NCBI GenBank assembly: GCA_964035545.1 | Contig: OZ037769.1 | Coordinates: forward strand, 7,421,929 to 7,485,928 | Direction of reading: 5' to 3' | Source of the DNA: Bugula neritina | Taxonomy: Eukaryota > Animalia > Bryozoa | DNA: 64,000 nucleotides | Notes under the pieces: model-generated | Told to the model about the DNA's origin: nothing | What the model saw: the letters and a program-made list of their open reading frames with translations, nothing else | The model's database searches: none | In this document: positions 26,301 through 41,300 of the stretch, piece by piece | Layout of the letters: each line of letters opens with the position of its first letter | Numbering within the stretch: the first letter of the stretch is position 1 | Made by a program: the position numbers and the translations under genes

Positions 26301-29300
26301 AGCGTGCTGTCTACATAGGTGGAGATGTTGGCAAGTGTGAGGCTGGTCACAGGATGCTGCCAGCTCTTATCTCTTCAGTATTTGATTTCCTTCCATCTGC
26401 ATATTTCCTGAACTCGTGCAGTATTGTGAATGTTCACAGGTTTATGTGATGCAATACTCTGTATACTGGCCACATATAGCCCACACTCCTTTAGGTAACA
26501 CTACTGTACTAGCCAGCTCTGACTGCATTATATATCAGCAAGAGTGTTTGCTGTCAAGACAATTAAATGCTGACTACAACAGGCTAATTTATAGTGTTGT
26601 TTACTTCCTACTTGAGATTTTAGTTCTACCTTCAGTTGAGAAAAAAATTATCTCTAATTTCACACCTTCAGACTTATTGCAGAGGGTTCACTCACAAGTT
26701 TGCTATTTAATGTTGACCCCATAGTCCACTGGTTTTCGTAAGAAATATTAGTCACTGCTTACTCATTCAACTTCTGTCTTTTGACTATCCTTATGCAAAG
26801 GCAGGCCTATTGCAAAATGTTTGCCACCGATAATGTGTAGGAAGTATTATCTTCTCTACCAGTAGCCTACAGTACTCTCAAGTATCTGGGGCCTCTTCCA
26901 TAGTTTGGTGTATGAGTGGAAAATGTAGGAGTGCTAGATTGGTTGTTATGGTAGTGGTGGTAGTGGTAGTAGTAGTGGTAGTAGTAGTATGTGACTCATT
27001 ATATAGTGATAGTTTTCAGTTCAGTGGTTACATACATCTTCACATGGTTACATACATCTACACATGGTTACATACATCTACACATGGTTACACACATCTA
27101 CACATGGTTACACACATCTACACATGGTTACATACATCTACACATGGTTACATACACATCTTAGTGACCGAGTAATCTAGTTTTGTCAATAACCAGTTAC
27201 TAATGACATCTTGGCCAGTCAAATAGTGAATGTGACCTTACCACAATTCTTGCCAATAAACTGTGGAAAAACACTTAGCTGTTGTGTCAGCATTCCACAA
27301 GGCATGTCAAGGCGGGTATCATGGGACACCAACGCTGCCGGCTGGTCCCCTGTGCACAGCTGTCTGTTTCCAGGCAGCTTCTGTCTGCATTTACTGTTAA
27401 TAGTCAGATATGCCTGGAGTCACTTCTAATCTTTTGCTGGTCTCTGCATCTGGTACATGAAGCAGTTCCAGCTTTAGCAGTAGAGCTAAATAAACTGTAC
27501 TATAAACTATATAAACTATACTATAAGTAATACCTTACTAGTAGGGTCAGTGTCTTTTGGATGACTAACAGGTGTGCTACCACTTAGTTCTACACTATTA
27601 GAGTAAGAATATTAGTAATTATTGTATTCACCATTATATAAAGGTATAACTGCAGAGGGCTAAATACACAGGCTAGACTAGCTTTTGTTACCCTGACGCA
27701 GCTTACCTTATGCCATCTCATAGGCCAGACTGCTGACATATTATATCTAGCAGATCAATCTTAATTCTGTTGTGATTTTGACTTGAGGGCCCTAATGACT
27801 CGTCTCACCATCTGTCCTCTACTTTACCAGATCCAAAAATATATCATGTGGAATCAATACTGGTGTATATATTATGATGATCCCGAAACTGTCATCCTGT
27901 AACATATAATCAACAGTAAGGCTTTGTTGATACATTAGTTTCAGGTAGGGATACAGGCTGCACTCCTATTTTTCCACGGCAGTGTAACTTTTTCCACTAG
28001 CAAGAATTCTGGTCTGTTTCTAAGATATAATATGGAAGGTCACGATTATGAGGTGGTTAGTTGGCAGCTGTAGTTTATTGTATGCACTCACTGCACGCTG
28101 CCCTGTATAGCTAGCCACCTAGTGTGGGGTTCAATGTTTTGCAATGATTAGCCTTTATAGGGCTGAAATAACAATACTCTATTGCTTTATGGCCCCAGCA
28201 GTAACTAGCAGGGAGCAATTACCCTGGCGGACTTGCCTCTTATCTCAACTTTGAGTTGCTAGTTGTTAGTAAACCCGGGATTTCTTACAACTGACTTGCA
28301 GCTGAAGAAGTTTATATTATCTGAGAACAGCTTCTGACTCAAACATCATTTGGGCCGATTTCAAAAGATATTATGGAGTAGATTACCAATAAACATGTAA
28401 TCAATAGGATTAGGGGTTTATAGTTGGAGACAAGTTTATATCTCTTGCTGAAATGACTCATCACTATTTTTTGGCAGTTGTTCTTGCCATACATTGTATA
28501 TGCATTTGCTCTTCCTAAAAATAATATAGTACTTCAGTAGTGCTGTAATTGCCATTTACTATTTCGGATGAATAGCTGGTTTTTAAATTCACACAGATGT
28601 GGGTGGAGCAGTTATTGATTGTAAACAAAGATAAATAACTTTTACATATTTTACAATAATTTGTATACATGTTCTGTGAAGTTAAACTCCCAAAGCTACC
28701 TAGCAGGTACTGTAACAATGAATTACCATAAAACTCCTCCTGTTGTAACGTTGTTCATGTAATCACTAAAATACTATCAAATATGTCACCTTGAAGCTAT
28801 GGTTACGCCGGTGTTCAGCTATATTTACTCCACTTAATGCACATATTTATATGAAATAATACAAGAGAACTGAAGCTGAGTTGGAGATAGTGTGTACTAT
28901 ATACAGCACTGAATGCAAAGCTGGTCATGGAAAATACTGCTATGATAGTAAAGGGAAAGTCTTTCTTGGATGTTGATTTTTCCTTTTGATTCATTTTCAA
29001 TATTGTTGTTTTGACTTTCATTGACTAAGATGGTGATTCAAGTCTTTAAACTCAGTTATTATTGTGACACACTGTGCTAATGTGCTAATGATAGAAGATG
29101 GTATTTATAAACTTATAGGTTTTCTCATAGAATATCACTCTAATCCTATACTGTCCCACTCTAGTCCTATACTAGTCCACTCTAGCTCTATACTGGCCTA
29201 CTCTGTTCCTATACTGTCTCTCTTTAGACTTATGCTGTCCCTCTCTAATCCTATACTGTCCCACTCTAGTCCTATACTAGCCCACACTAGCTCTATACTG

Positions 29301-32300
29301 GCCTACTCTGTTCCTATACTGGACCTCTTTAGTCCCGATACCAGCCCACTGTAGTTCAGTCCCATACTGGCCCACTGTAGTTCAGTCCCATACCGGCCCA
29401 CTGTAGTTCAGTCCCATACCGGCCCACTGTAGTTCAGTCCCATACCGGCCCACTGTAGTTCAGTCCCATACTGGCCCACTGTAGTTTAGTCCCATACTGG
29501 CCCACTGTAGTTCAGTCCCATACTGGCCCACTCTATTCTTTTACTCATCTCAGGAACAGTGACTGGTAACTAAGCTCTTCAGGGTTTAACCATTGGCAGA
29601 AATGGACTCTTTGAATTTTTAAATCTTCCCAAAGGTGTAATCAACAGCAGCTTTTCTGTGTTCAGCCGGTTTCTATTCTTACTTAGCATCTCCCGCTGTA
29701 CTAGTAGCTCTACTGACCTTCTGTCACTGCGAGTCTGGTTAGCACTACCATTATTCATCCTCAAAGTGTTATATACTAGAATCTAGAATCTAGATACTTA
29801 TCTCACAGATGTTGGATTACTTAGCCTTATTGTTAATGGTGTCAATTGCATAATTACAATACCACTGATAGAAATGTGAAGACCTATTTTGTAGTGTGTT
29901 TCATTATTATTAATTATGCCCATAGTTATGACCCATTCTGGGGTTTATTCCTCCTTTACTTATGAAGCAATCTCCACGTGATTTGACCAAACTCTGTGCA
30001 GATGGCTTCATCCTGGAGGGTTTATTTGAAGTTTGCCAGGCTGTGTGGTCTCTTTGTGTTTTCACTAAAAGCTGTATTGCTTTTGTTTTTTATACACTTA
30101 ATAGGTGGTAGTTATATGAGAAGTTGTCTTCTTTAATATCTCTAGTTACCATTTCTACTAGAACTTACTCTTTGAATTGTTATATCCAGATAGTGTTTCA
30201 GTGTAACTCTACCATCAGAACAACAGGTTTGACGCATCACTCCATTAGTATGTATATAGCAGTATATTGTTTATAGAGTGTAGCATCCGAATCTACTGGT
30301 ATCATGCCTACTTGTTTATAACGTAAGTTATGACTGTATGTAGTACTTGCGTTCATGGATGCAGTCACATTGTTGAATGCATCACTAAACCAGGTGAACT
30401 GATAAACAATGGTGGAAGTACTAAAACTAATTAATTATATATTAAAATATTTTGCTGTTTATGTGCACTGCTTACATATTGCATTGAATAACTGATATCT
30501 CCATCATTTGATGAAGATGTAAAGATTGAACTAAAAATTAGCAATTCAAGATGAGAGAATTTGCATGTTGGTGCCCCATGAGAGGTTTTGGTCTCCACCT
30601 GTTGGTTTGTCAATACTGTAGATCTTCTCTAAAATATAACCCAGGTTCCTTTCATTAACCTGTACAGTCCTGAAACCCTCCAATCCACCCTAATGCCTGG
30701 TAGAGAGGTTTACTACATGCTTGTTGTATATTAATTATCACTGCTAACACATCCTTAAGGAGTAAATCCAGTGTGCAAATTAATAGCTCTGTTTGAGATA
30801 AGAACTGGCTGTCTAAATCAATCCTGCCGAGTCAGCAAGTAGCAATACTTCCACATCATCAGCTGGCAGCAGCTCCCAGCAGCTCCCAGCAGCTCTGATT
30901 GGTGTTTCTATAGCAACTCATGTTTCTCAGTTTATTTGGTGATGAGTCAGCAAACTGATTTATGTTGTAAATAAATAAATAACAACAGTTGAGTACAATA
31001 ACTAGTCAACTGTTTTACCTAAACTACAACATGGAAACTTGATATCTGAAAATATCGCTGAGGTAATGTGAATGAGTAATTTTACTATTGCTTGACATTG
31101 AATATCCTCAAGCAAGGAAGATTATGCAAGAACTGTCATTGCAGTAACTATTTCTGTTGTTAAGGAATTATATTAAACTTAATCACATGTTAGAATGGGG
31201 CTAAAGAATTGCAATATTTGTTCAACATGAACCTTAGAATAGCATTTCTCCTATGATTATAGCCATACTGGCTACGTGTATTCCTACTTGATTAGTTATG
31301 TTGGTTTCAATGGAAGTTGGCACATGGTAATAATCTCAGCGGTGAAAATATTTAGCTTCAAGTTTTGGAGTTGTCTTCACCTGATGGTTTTTCTTCCTCT
31401 ATAATATATTATGTAGGCACAGTCTTTGAGAGGCATGTTTATCATATTTCTCTTCTAAATCAATTGTAACGCAGATATTATTCTGATACATCAGTCAGCT
31501 GTAATCCATTAGATGGTTTATGCTAAGAATTTATGGCTAAATATAGATTAATATGTTAGTAGAAGCTAATTATATACCCCACTAATTATACGTATACTTC
31601 AGTGCACCTTATTATACATATACTTCAGTGCACCTTATTATATCTTGGGGGTTTCAGGCCTAATGCTGACTAGGCACAAAGGACTGCATGCTGTTAATAT
31701 GTCAGCAACTTGATATTGATGTATTAGTTGATAAGTTCTGCACTTGGGATGTTTCATCGTGATTCCAAATTCTTGCTGCAGACCTGCAAATCCACGACAG
31801 AACTTCTTGTCAGGAAAGTGTCCTCCTTGGTGACACTAAATGTTTTGAGTCTGCAGTAAATGTTGGATCATTCGTCATCATTCCATTCTCCATGCTTATA
31901 TATTTTGTGCTTCAAGTAAACAAGTTGACATTTTCTTGGATTTCTTTTGGCAGCTTTAGTCTAAAAACTGGCTCATTAACTAAGTTTAATAACTTCCAAG
32001 TTTTTTCTGCAATATGTTAAAAAGTGTTGCAATACAAAAAAAAACATTTACTGGTTAGAAACGTCATATTTCTCGAATATAACTTGTTTTTGTGGCATGT
32101 CAGGCAATAATTCTGTTTTGCCAAATGCTGCCAGGCTATAAGCTGGATGCTGCCAGCTGATTTTCTGCCAATGTTTCCATTTACCAACCCTGCCATTTTT
32201 TGTGTTCTAATTGAGCTTTAAGTGTACACATTCACTAACAGGCTGTCACAAAAAACTCATTATAAAGTTGACAGTGTGTAAAAGCACATTTTACGTGTGC

Positions 32301-35300
32301 CTGCCAGACTTGGAAAATTTTTTGGCTTCTGTCTGCGGTACAGTGCATCAACTAATTTGGAGTTGTGTACTCATATGATTGCTTCTTTTCTCGTTACTTG
32401 ATAGTTACAAGCCATTTAATAGGATAAATTTCTATATTTTCTATAGAAGGAGTTCCAAAATTGCACTTAGTTGTATATTTTGTAGTTAATCTAATAAATA
32501 ATTACTCTGAAATCTAGCTTATTAGATTTTAAATTAATTCCTCTATCTTGTTTTTATTTGGGAGTTATCTTTTCTAAAAGGCCTCGTTATTTGAGTAATA
32601 TTGGAGTTGTATTCTCTTACACCAACTCGCTTGAAAGTATAATTCTATTGGCTTGTGGATTCACACTTATTTAAGATTATAAATTATCTGCCTGGTTCAA
32701 TTGTTTACAATGTTGTGAATTATGTTAAGTAACATTATTCATAATGAAAAGTTATGCTTTGAAAGTAATATCGCAGTTTCACCTATACTAGTGCTAGAAT
32801 ATTAATTATGTTATACTGTATACTTGTTATGCTATTGAGTTATTTTGTAGTTACCAACTTACTATATATATATAATGAATTACGTTGTTAGCTTGTTACC
32901 ACAATGAAAGAGTTCATTCAACTCTTTAAGTTAGTGCGTTCATACATTGATGTTGATCATATTACTTGTTATCACATTATGTACACTGATTACGTAGCAT
33001 TGCAGCTAATAAAATTTGGATAAGAAAGCAACCATCCACTCAGGTGGCGACAATTACTCATAACTCAAATATTCTCAATGATTCGATTGCTTTGTGAGAT
33101 TGACAGGGAAATTAGAGTTTGTTTGTTCAAACTTGATTAGACAATGAGTCACTTTGAAACATAACACATTAACAAGTCTCGATTGATCAACAACACTGTG
33201 TTTCAGTGAAGGTTCTTGGCAGGTGCTCCCATCTTCTGCATAAACATTTACTTGCACTGGTCTCATTGCCTATGAAGGGTAATAGAGTGAAAATTGTGGA
33301 AAATAACTGCTGAAATCAATAGCCTATTATGTTCATATTTATGGTTGATAAACTCTATGAAATGTAGCTTTGCTAATGAATTAAATCAAAGTGTTATTCT
33401 TTTTTTATTGTTTGAGAAATGCACATGTTTTGTGTCAGATCAAATCTATTTAATAAATAATAGGTCGTTGATACCAAATCTGAGCATAAAGAGGCAATTA
33501 AACGCTATGGAATTAAAATGAAGCCTGCCAGCCCTTTGAAGTCCATGCTTAGTAACTAATCAGCTATGAGCTGTGTACAGTCGTGTAGATGTTGCCATTC
33601 TGTTATCAGTTCTTGGAGTATTTAGTTGTGGGACAGCAGCAGGTTACTGGTAGAGCTAGTTCTCAGTACACTGGGTACTAGTTGACCACATCTGTTAGTT
33701 GTACTCTGTTTAGATGTAATTCTTTGGCATCGAGTGCTCCCGTAATATAAACAGCTTAGGGAGTGCAGAAGTTTAAGCTGGTGTTTATTTATATTGTGCA
33801 ACATCGACTAGAGCTCTGATGGTGATATGTGCAGATAACGGTTGTCACTGGCTGTAAGAATTTGACCCTTAAACTTCATTTTGTAATCCTTACCTGGATA
33901 TCAACTGGCAGAATTACATTCAAACGGAATTTCAACTTCAGCTGGAAGGGAACTATTAAAATATTTCTGCAAATTCTTCCTTGAGAGAAGTACGTATACT
34001 ACACTGGATAACGTAGCTGGTTGGTGACAACCAGGCGGAACTAGGAGCAGCTAGTTGATTGGATTAGGGTGGTGCGATCTACTAAGAGCCTATAATAATA
34101 TATACAATACACGTGGGATATATTATTATAGACAGTGCTATCAGCTACGTTGCACCTGAGTATATTTTTTATGGGAGAGATAAGCATTGTTTATGAGTTA
34201 TTAGCTATTATCAAGCTTACCTGCCTACAGCAAATGTAAGGAGAGCAGCAAACAGGAGCTTTTCTAAATGAGTAGCAAAGGTAAAAAGTCGAGTTCACTC
34301 AAACCTCAAGAAGGCGTGTCACCACGCAGGAGTTCCAGTATGTCATCATCAGACAAGCAAAGACATAGACTGAGTACCTCTAATAGGTCCTCAGATGTTA
34401 GGCTACGACCCGCACCAGGTGGGGACCAGAAATCTCCTAGACCACTGGGTATATCTCGGAGTAAATCGAGTCAAGCTGTGACGACTCTGGACTCGCAATC
34501 TAATCACATGACTTTCTATAGCAAGCAGGGAGTGTTATCAGCTTCCCCTGTGCCGGCAGCTGTTTTACCAGCATACAATAATAATAACAACAGCACCCCT
34601 TCACCAAAGATGGTACCAATATCTAGACCAAAAAACCCAGGCCGAGCCCGGAGTGGATACATGATACACAGGTCAGAGGGGCTGTCGGACCTCTCTAACA
34701 TTCAGGAGATTCCAGGGTTCTACGGCAGCATAGCCAATATCTTGGAGGAGTTTCAAAGGCAGATGGCTGCCGGCAAGTCTGAGAAGACTGGAACATCTCA
34801 ACATACCAGAGCTGACAGAGTGCAGGGTTCACCGAAGACTAGTACTAGTAGAATAGGTGAGTTCTATTATTCAACATTTAGCTCTAGCAGGTAGTAGGCC
34901 TGTTTTTACTGTATATTTGTGAGTCACCTTCAACAGTTGGTTAAATATAAATACTATTTCCAACACTGAATTACAGGCAATCTAGTGATATTTAATTATT
35001 TGTATAATTATATGATTATTGATAATCCCTGGTGAATATACATATGCTAGATTATCCATCTGGTGGCATCAGTATGAAATTGCATGATTTATAGCAGCCA
35101 AGCTCATTCAAGCTGCACATTTGTTAGACAGATGGGCCAGATGTAGATACTGAATTCTTACTAACATAAACTTAAATATTGTTAGTTAATGACTTGCTGC
35201 CTTGGGTGCAAGCAGCCATGTTGATTAGGTCTGCTGCTATACTATAATATATTATAAACACGGTTACACGCTGAGGTGATAGACTGAGGTAATAGACGCA

Positions 35301-38300
35301 CTTATAATAGCTGTAATGCTATTGAACCTATTGATTCAGTTATCAGTTTTACAGCTAGTTGTTTGAGCGGCTCTCATTCAATGAATCACGGCTGATTCTT
35401 ATTGTTACAGAAGTAGCTGAAGAGAGAAAGCAAACGCACCATTCTTCAGATCAAGATATATCTTGTCATAACCTGTCAACTAAAACAAGGAAGACTAACT
35501 CTTACTCCCATCAAGGTTCTTTCAGCCGTCTTAAAATGACAAGCACGGAGTCTACGAGTCACATGAACAAGTCACAAATCAGCTCTAGTAACAGAGTGAC
35601 TACAGATTCAGAGGAGGAATTGTTGACAAAAATACTACTGAGTATGACTCAGTCAACGTCTGCTAGTGGTGCACTACCAGAGGATGAGAGTGACTATGCC
35701 AATCTCTGGGACAGTGAGTCTGGTGCTACTGCCTCGGCCTTCCAGACCAACAGAGATATAATGGGATCACTATTAAGGGAGAAAGTCAAGAATGAGTCAT
35801 TGAAAAATGTTAAAAAACAGCATTCGCTGATAAAAAATGAAAAGCTTGAATCGTCTTCTTCCAGTCATTCGTCCTCTACCGGCCTATCTCAGTTCAATAT
35901 GGATAAATTTAAAAGTCTCCAGGAAAAAGCAGAAAACATGGACCTGACTCTCGCAGACTTTTTCTCTGATCTCAAACATTCCAACTCATTTTTAGAACTT
36001 TCCAAAATATTCTCTTCTACTCATCAGTTGCCTGGAAGTGGTAAGACCTACTAGTCAGCCTATTCTAAATAAATAAATAAACCGACTGCCACTGCTTGAA
36101 CAGCTATTAGGGTCAACGGCAGCAAGTTGATTGGAAATGTGGTAATTTGCAATATAGAAAGCTGCCTTGCTATGCTGTGCATAAGGCAGCTTTCATCCTA
36201 TGCTAATTTCTGCCAAGTCCTAATTTCTCACAGATGTTCTGAAATTGAGAATTCTTTCATCTTCTCTGTAAAGTATGTTCCAGTTTGTGTTGGAAGGTTG
36301 CCTGCAGCATACCTGAGTTGTTGATCAAAGGGTTGCATAATTAACTTATATTATATGGGACTACAAAACAACTGCAAGCAAAATGGTTTTGTACTGCTTT
36401 GTAAAAAAATTAGTTTGTTGGAAAACTTTAACGTTCAATGGGAGGTTTGTTAGTTTAGGAGAATTGAATGCCATGTTACCAAGCAGTAAGATATTTGAAT
36501 AAAACATTCACCTAATAATTTAGTAAAATATTACCAGTTTTTATGGTCAAGTTTATTCTTGCTGTATTGAGCATGACATTTAGTAGCATATAGTATGAGG
36601 TTGACAATAGAATATCCACTAATATGCATACCCAAAGTACAAGAAGCTATAATTAGCTAGAACAATTCAAGTAGCTACAGTATATAAACTACCCTCACAT
36701 GCTTACCTGTGCCAATAGCATAATTTATACATGAGCCAACTTATTCCCATAATTATTGGTTACAGTTTCCTATTACTGGAAATTAGCGAGTGATTAGCCA
36801 AGGTTTGCTTCTTAGAAATGTCGGACTGTGGACTTTGCACACTGTATACATATATTGTAGTGTACATACAGTGTGGTGTGTGTGCAGTGCAGTGTACACG
36901 CTATATTATATAGCGTAGTGTGTGTACAGTGTAATGTGCATACTGTATACTGTGTATTGTGTGTATATGAAGGATAAAAAAATCACCCATGACAGGCCTA
37001 ATGTATAGCCAAATACTTATTATTATTGGAATGTAGGAACTATTTTTCACTGCCCCATGAATAGGACAGCTGAGATTTCTAAATACCTCCCATCTGTGAT
37101 GTATTTATTTATAACTTAAGTGGAGATATCCTTATGGGAGATGTTAAGTGACTGTCTATGATGGATCATATACTAGTGATATATTGTATTAATAACGTAA
37201 TTCTGGCAGAGTTAGTCACTGAGAATGATACTCTATTCTGAAGTCAATAGGTTAGAACCTAAAGTGAGTTTATGCAGCAATGACTGACACCGCCAATACT
37301 ACAACTAACTGACACCTCCAGTACTAGTACTACTACTAACTGTTACCTCCAGTACTACTAACTGACACCTCCAGTACTACTACTAACTGACACCTCCAAT
37401 ACTACTACTAACTGACACCTCCAGTACTACTACTAACTGACACCTCCAGTACTAGTACTACTAACTGACACCTCCAGTACTAGTACTACTAACTGACACC
37501 TCCAGTACTACTAACTGACACCTCCAGTACTGCTAACTGACACCTCCAGTACTACTAACTGTCACCTCCAGTCCTACTAACTGTTACCTCCAGTACTACT
37601 ACTAACTGACACCTCCAGTACTACTACTACTAACTGTTACCTCCAGTACTACTATTGACCGACTACCCCCATAAGATGTAAACTTGGAGATATACAACTA
37701 GCTAACAAATTTACTAAGTCAGTATGTACTATAACATAATATGATACACAACAAGACAGCATATTAACTAACTGAATACTTGAAAGCTTTGATTTTGACC
37801 CTTAATGATTCACTAAAATGGCAGTTCTTAAGAAATTCAAACCTTTTAAAACTGAACTGCAGTAGAAGCCAATAAAGTGTATTGATTGCAAACACATCTG
37901 TTTAATGGGATCAATGCACCAGCTGTACTGAAGCTGTAACAGTCTGGGATAAAATTTATACTGAATACTGTAAAGTGTAATCTATATTTTCTATTTCAGA
38001 CTGCAAGTTCAAGTGTCACCAGACATGCGAGGACTTGATTACAGAGAAGTGTTCAGGACCACAAGAGGATGGTGTTGGGGATGAGACGGGCCAGTGGAGC
38101 ACAACTAAACACCGTCGTCATGATGCAGTAAGTAACTCTTACTAATTATAGATAGTGACTGGTGGAATTTCACACTAGCTAACCATGACAATAATAATAT
38201 TCTCAAATAACAATAATATTTTATATGACAACTATGCTAATACTCTGTATTATGGTCATTAGTGTCAGGGTTGAGGTTTATCTCCCTCATCTCCCTGTAG

Positions 38301-41300
38301 TTGTGTACTCTAGACACACAGGTTGAAGGTATTCCGTATATTTTATTCATAAAGCTCCACTACGTCAGTCAGATTATGTTGTCTATAGAGGGTGTGAATA
38401 GCGCCTCATCAATACAGGTGTTTGTGTAGCAGAGATGCCACTTTTACTCTGGAATCGGCAGCTGATTGAGTTCACTGCTGCCAATAATAGATCAATAAGT
38501 TGTAGGCGTAGACTGTACTGACAATAGCATATGTTCATATCCTTTAGTATTCACCTCTAATGTCTAATCCAGCCCTTCTACTAGTACACAAGTGTGCCAT
38601 CAGTTCCTAGGTGCTGTGGGGATGAATTTCCTTCTTTATTTATGCAATGTCAGATTTGTTTTCATCACAAATACTACAGCAAAGTGTAGCCATGTTGATA
38701 TTGTTGTTAGTTGGTGTATATTGTTGGTGTATTAAATCCATATAACCAGAGTATAGGTGGCAAAGGTAGTAGTGTAGAGGCCACCACTCTTTCACTAGCG
38801 ACTAGGACTTAGTGACTAGGTGATAGTTGAAGGATCAACTGAGTGTATGGGTTGTGGTTGGAGGTTGAATAGAGGATCCTGTAATAGACGATGTAAATTT
38901 GGTACATTTAGTACCTTGTACCAACTCTAGAATACTCACCACTATAACTTATATAAACTTCTGCAAGTTCAAATGCAAAATGCATACTTTTAGAAAATAG
39001 CTGTGCAACTTTTATTACATGCATTATTTTATTTCATATCTTAAACTTATGAACCATGAGTTCATTTTTCAAAATGTTTAAATTAAGTGCTCAAAAAATG
39101 CAATTAAAATTTTTATTCTTGCACAAATACCCTGGTGCAGTTTGACCACAACCCCAGCTGTTTTGACAAACACATTTAATGGTTTTTTTATTGACATAGT
39201 GGTGAATGAGCTGGTTGTTTTTGGCAGTTGGGTAGACTTGAAGCTTGGCAGCTTTTAAACAATTCTGATTGGCAGAATTTTACACGATAAGTTGATGTTT
39301 GTATCTGATTGGCCTAATAATGCATTTGCATTTGAAAATGTAGAGTTTTATTTAAGCTATAATGGTGATATTTTAGAGTTGGCACACACCCCTTTTGGGT
39401 TGAGTTTTATAGTCTGTTCCTGCTGTAGTCATCTACAACAACAGTGTATAGGGAAATTATTAGTATTACGAAATCTGTTTTGGCTTACTTTGCTATGCCA
39501 GTATTCTGACTTAGTTTGTAATCAACTATGTTGGCAGTTAAAACTGAGGGTGATTTCATCAAAGGTGGACATTGCTGAGGCCTTAGAACATCAAATCAAC
39601 CAGTGCTGTTACTTGGTTGTATTGTAAAGCAGTAGTGAGAGCATAGCACACTATCACAGTCACTGAGCTGCAATGACAGTGGCTACACCAAACTCGTCAG
39701 TTCTATTATATTATCTTATGTAAGGCACGTCAAAACAATATAGACCCACATGCAAGGCACTACATGCTAATACTCATTTTTATACAAAATTTCTACATTA
39801 TCTATTGCTAATAGCTGTGCATTTAAATCCAATGCAGATGAATATGTGACAGAGTAAAAAGCTACTGTTTTACAAATTTAAAATAAAATAATAGTGCGGG
39901 TACACAAGCAAATAATTTATAGTTAGCGTAGGCTAATGCATTTGTAATGTGCATGTTAAACAACTTTTTTATAATTTATTACATTAGACTATGAGAATGT
40001 ATTTAGTAGTATGTATTGATTTAAAACTAAATCATGAAATGATTATCATTATTGCAACCTCTGTGCTTGGTAGACAGGATAGAGAGGGGTGGTGTGACTG
40101 CTGTAACTGTGCTACTGCTCTACATACTAACAGAGACTAGGCTAGTGTTTTGACGTGCCTTACATACTGTCATTGCAGCTCAGTGACTGTGATAGTGTGC
40201 TATGCTCTCACTACTGCTTTACAATACAACCAAGTAACAGCACTGGTTGATTTGATGTTCTAAGGCCTCAGCAATGTCTACCTTTGATGAAATCACCCTC
40301 AGTTTTAACTGCCAACATAGTTGATTATAACAAAACTAAGTCAGAATACTGGCATAGCAAAGTAAGCCAAAACAGATTTCGTAATACTAATAATTTCCCT
40401 ATACACTGTTGTTGTAGATGACTGCAGCAGGAACAGACTATAAAACTCAACCCAAAAGGGGTGTGTGCCAACTCTAAAATATCACCATTATAGCTTAAAT
40501 AAAACTCTACATTTTCAAATGCAAATGCATTATTAGGCCAATCAGATACAAACATCAACTTATCGTGTAAAATTCTGCCAATCAGAATTGTTTAAAAGCT
40601 GCCAAGCTTCAAGTCTACCCAACTGCCAAAAACAACCAGCTCATTCACCACTATGTCAATAAAAAAACCATTAAATGTGTTTGCCAAAACAGCTGGGGTT
40701 GTGATCAAACTGCACCAGGGTATTTGTGCAAGAATAAAAATTTTAATTGCATTTTTTGAGCACTTAATTTAAACATTTTGAAAAATGAACTCATGGTTCA
40801 TAAATTTAAGATATGAAATAAAATAATGCATGTAATAAAAGTTGCACAGCTATTTTCTAAAAGTATGCATTTTGCATTTGAACTTGCAGAAGTTTATATA
40901 AGTTATAGTGGTGAGTATTCTAGAGTTGGTACAAGGTACTAAATGTACCAACTTTACATCGTCTATTAGTGTGCCACTTCGGGTACCTGTATATACCTGT
41001 ATATACCTTGTATACCTGTACATAACTTGTATACCTTGTATATACCTGTATATACCTTGTATACCTGTACATAACTTGTATACCTGTATATACCTTGTAT
41101 ATACAGGTATACACTATGCTGTAAAGTTTCCATCATTGTTGTTGCTCTGTAGTATGCATTGTGATTTCTACTCATTAAATCAACTAAGTTCTCATTTCTA
41201 GTTTTCATGTTTGTTAGGTATGAAACACTGGTCTAGTTCACTACTAATAGTTTACTCACTGAACAGTAATGGAATGTGTCAAACTGTCTTCTGTCTGCTA

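Noticed and set aside
29345-29533. Regular 26-bp repeats (also 27025-27160 and 37283-37655) as a CRISPR array
   Set aside because: Head-to-tail units with no unique spacers, no cas genes, eukaryotic context.
39292-40558. Near-identical ORFs MMFVSDWPNN on both strands
   Set aside because: They result from the inverted repeat; no transposase or other motif, and an indel changes one C-terminus.
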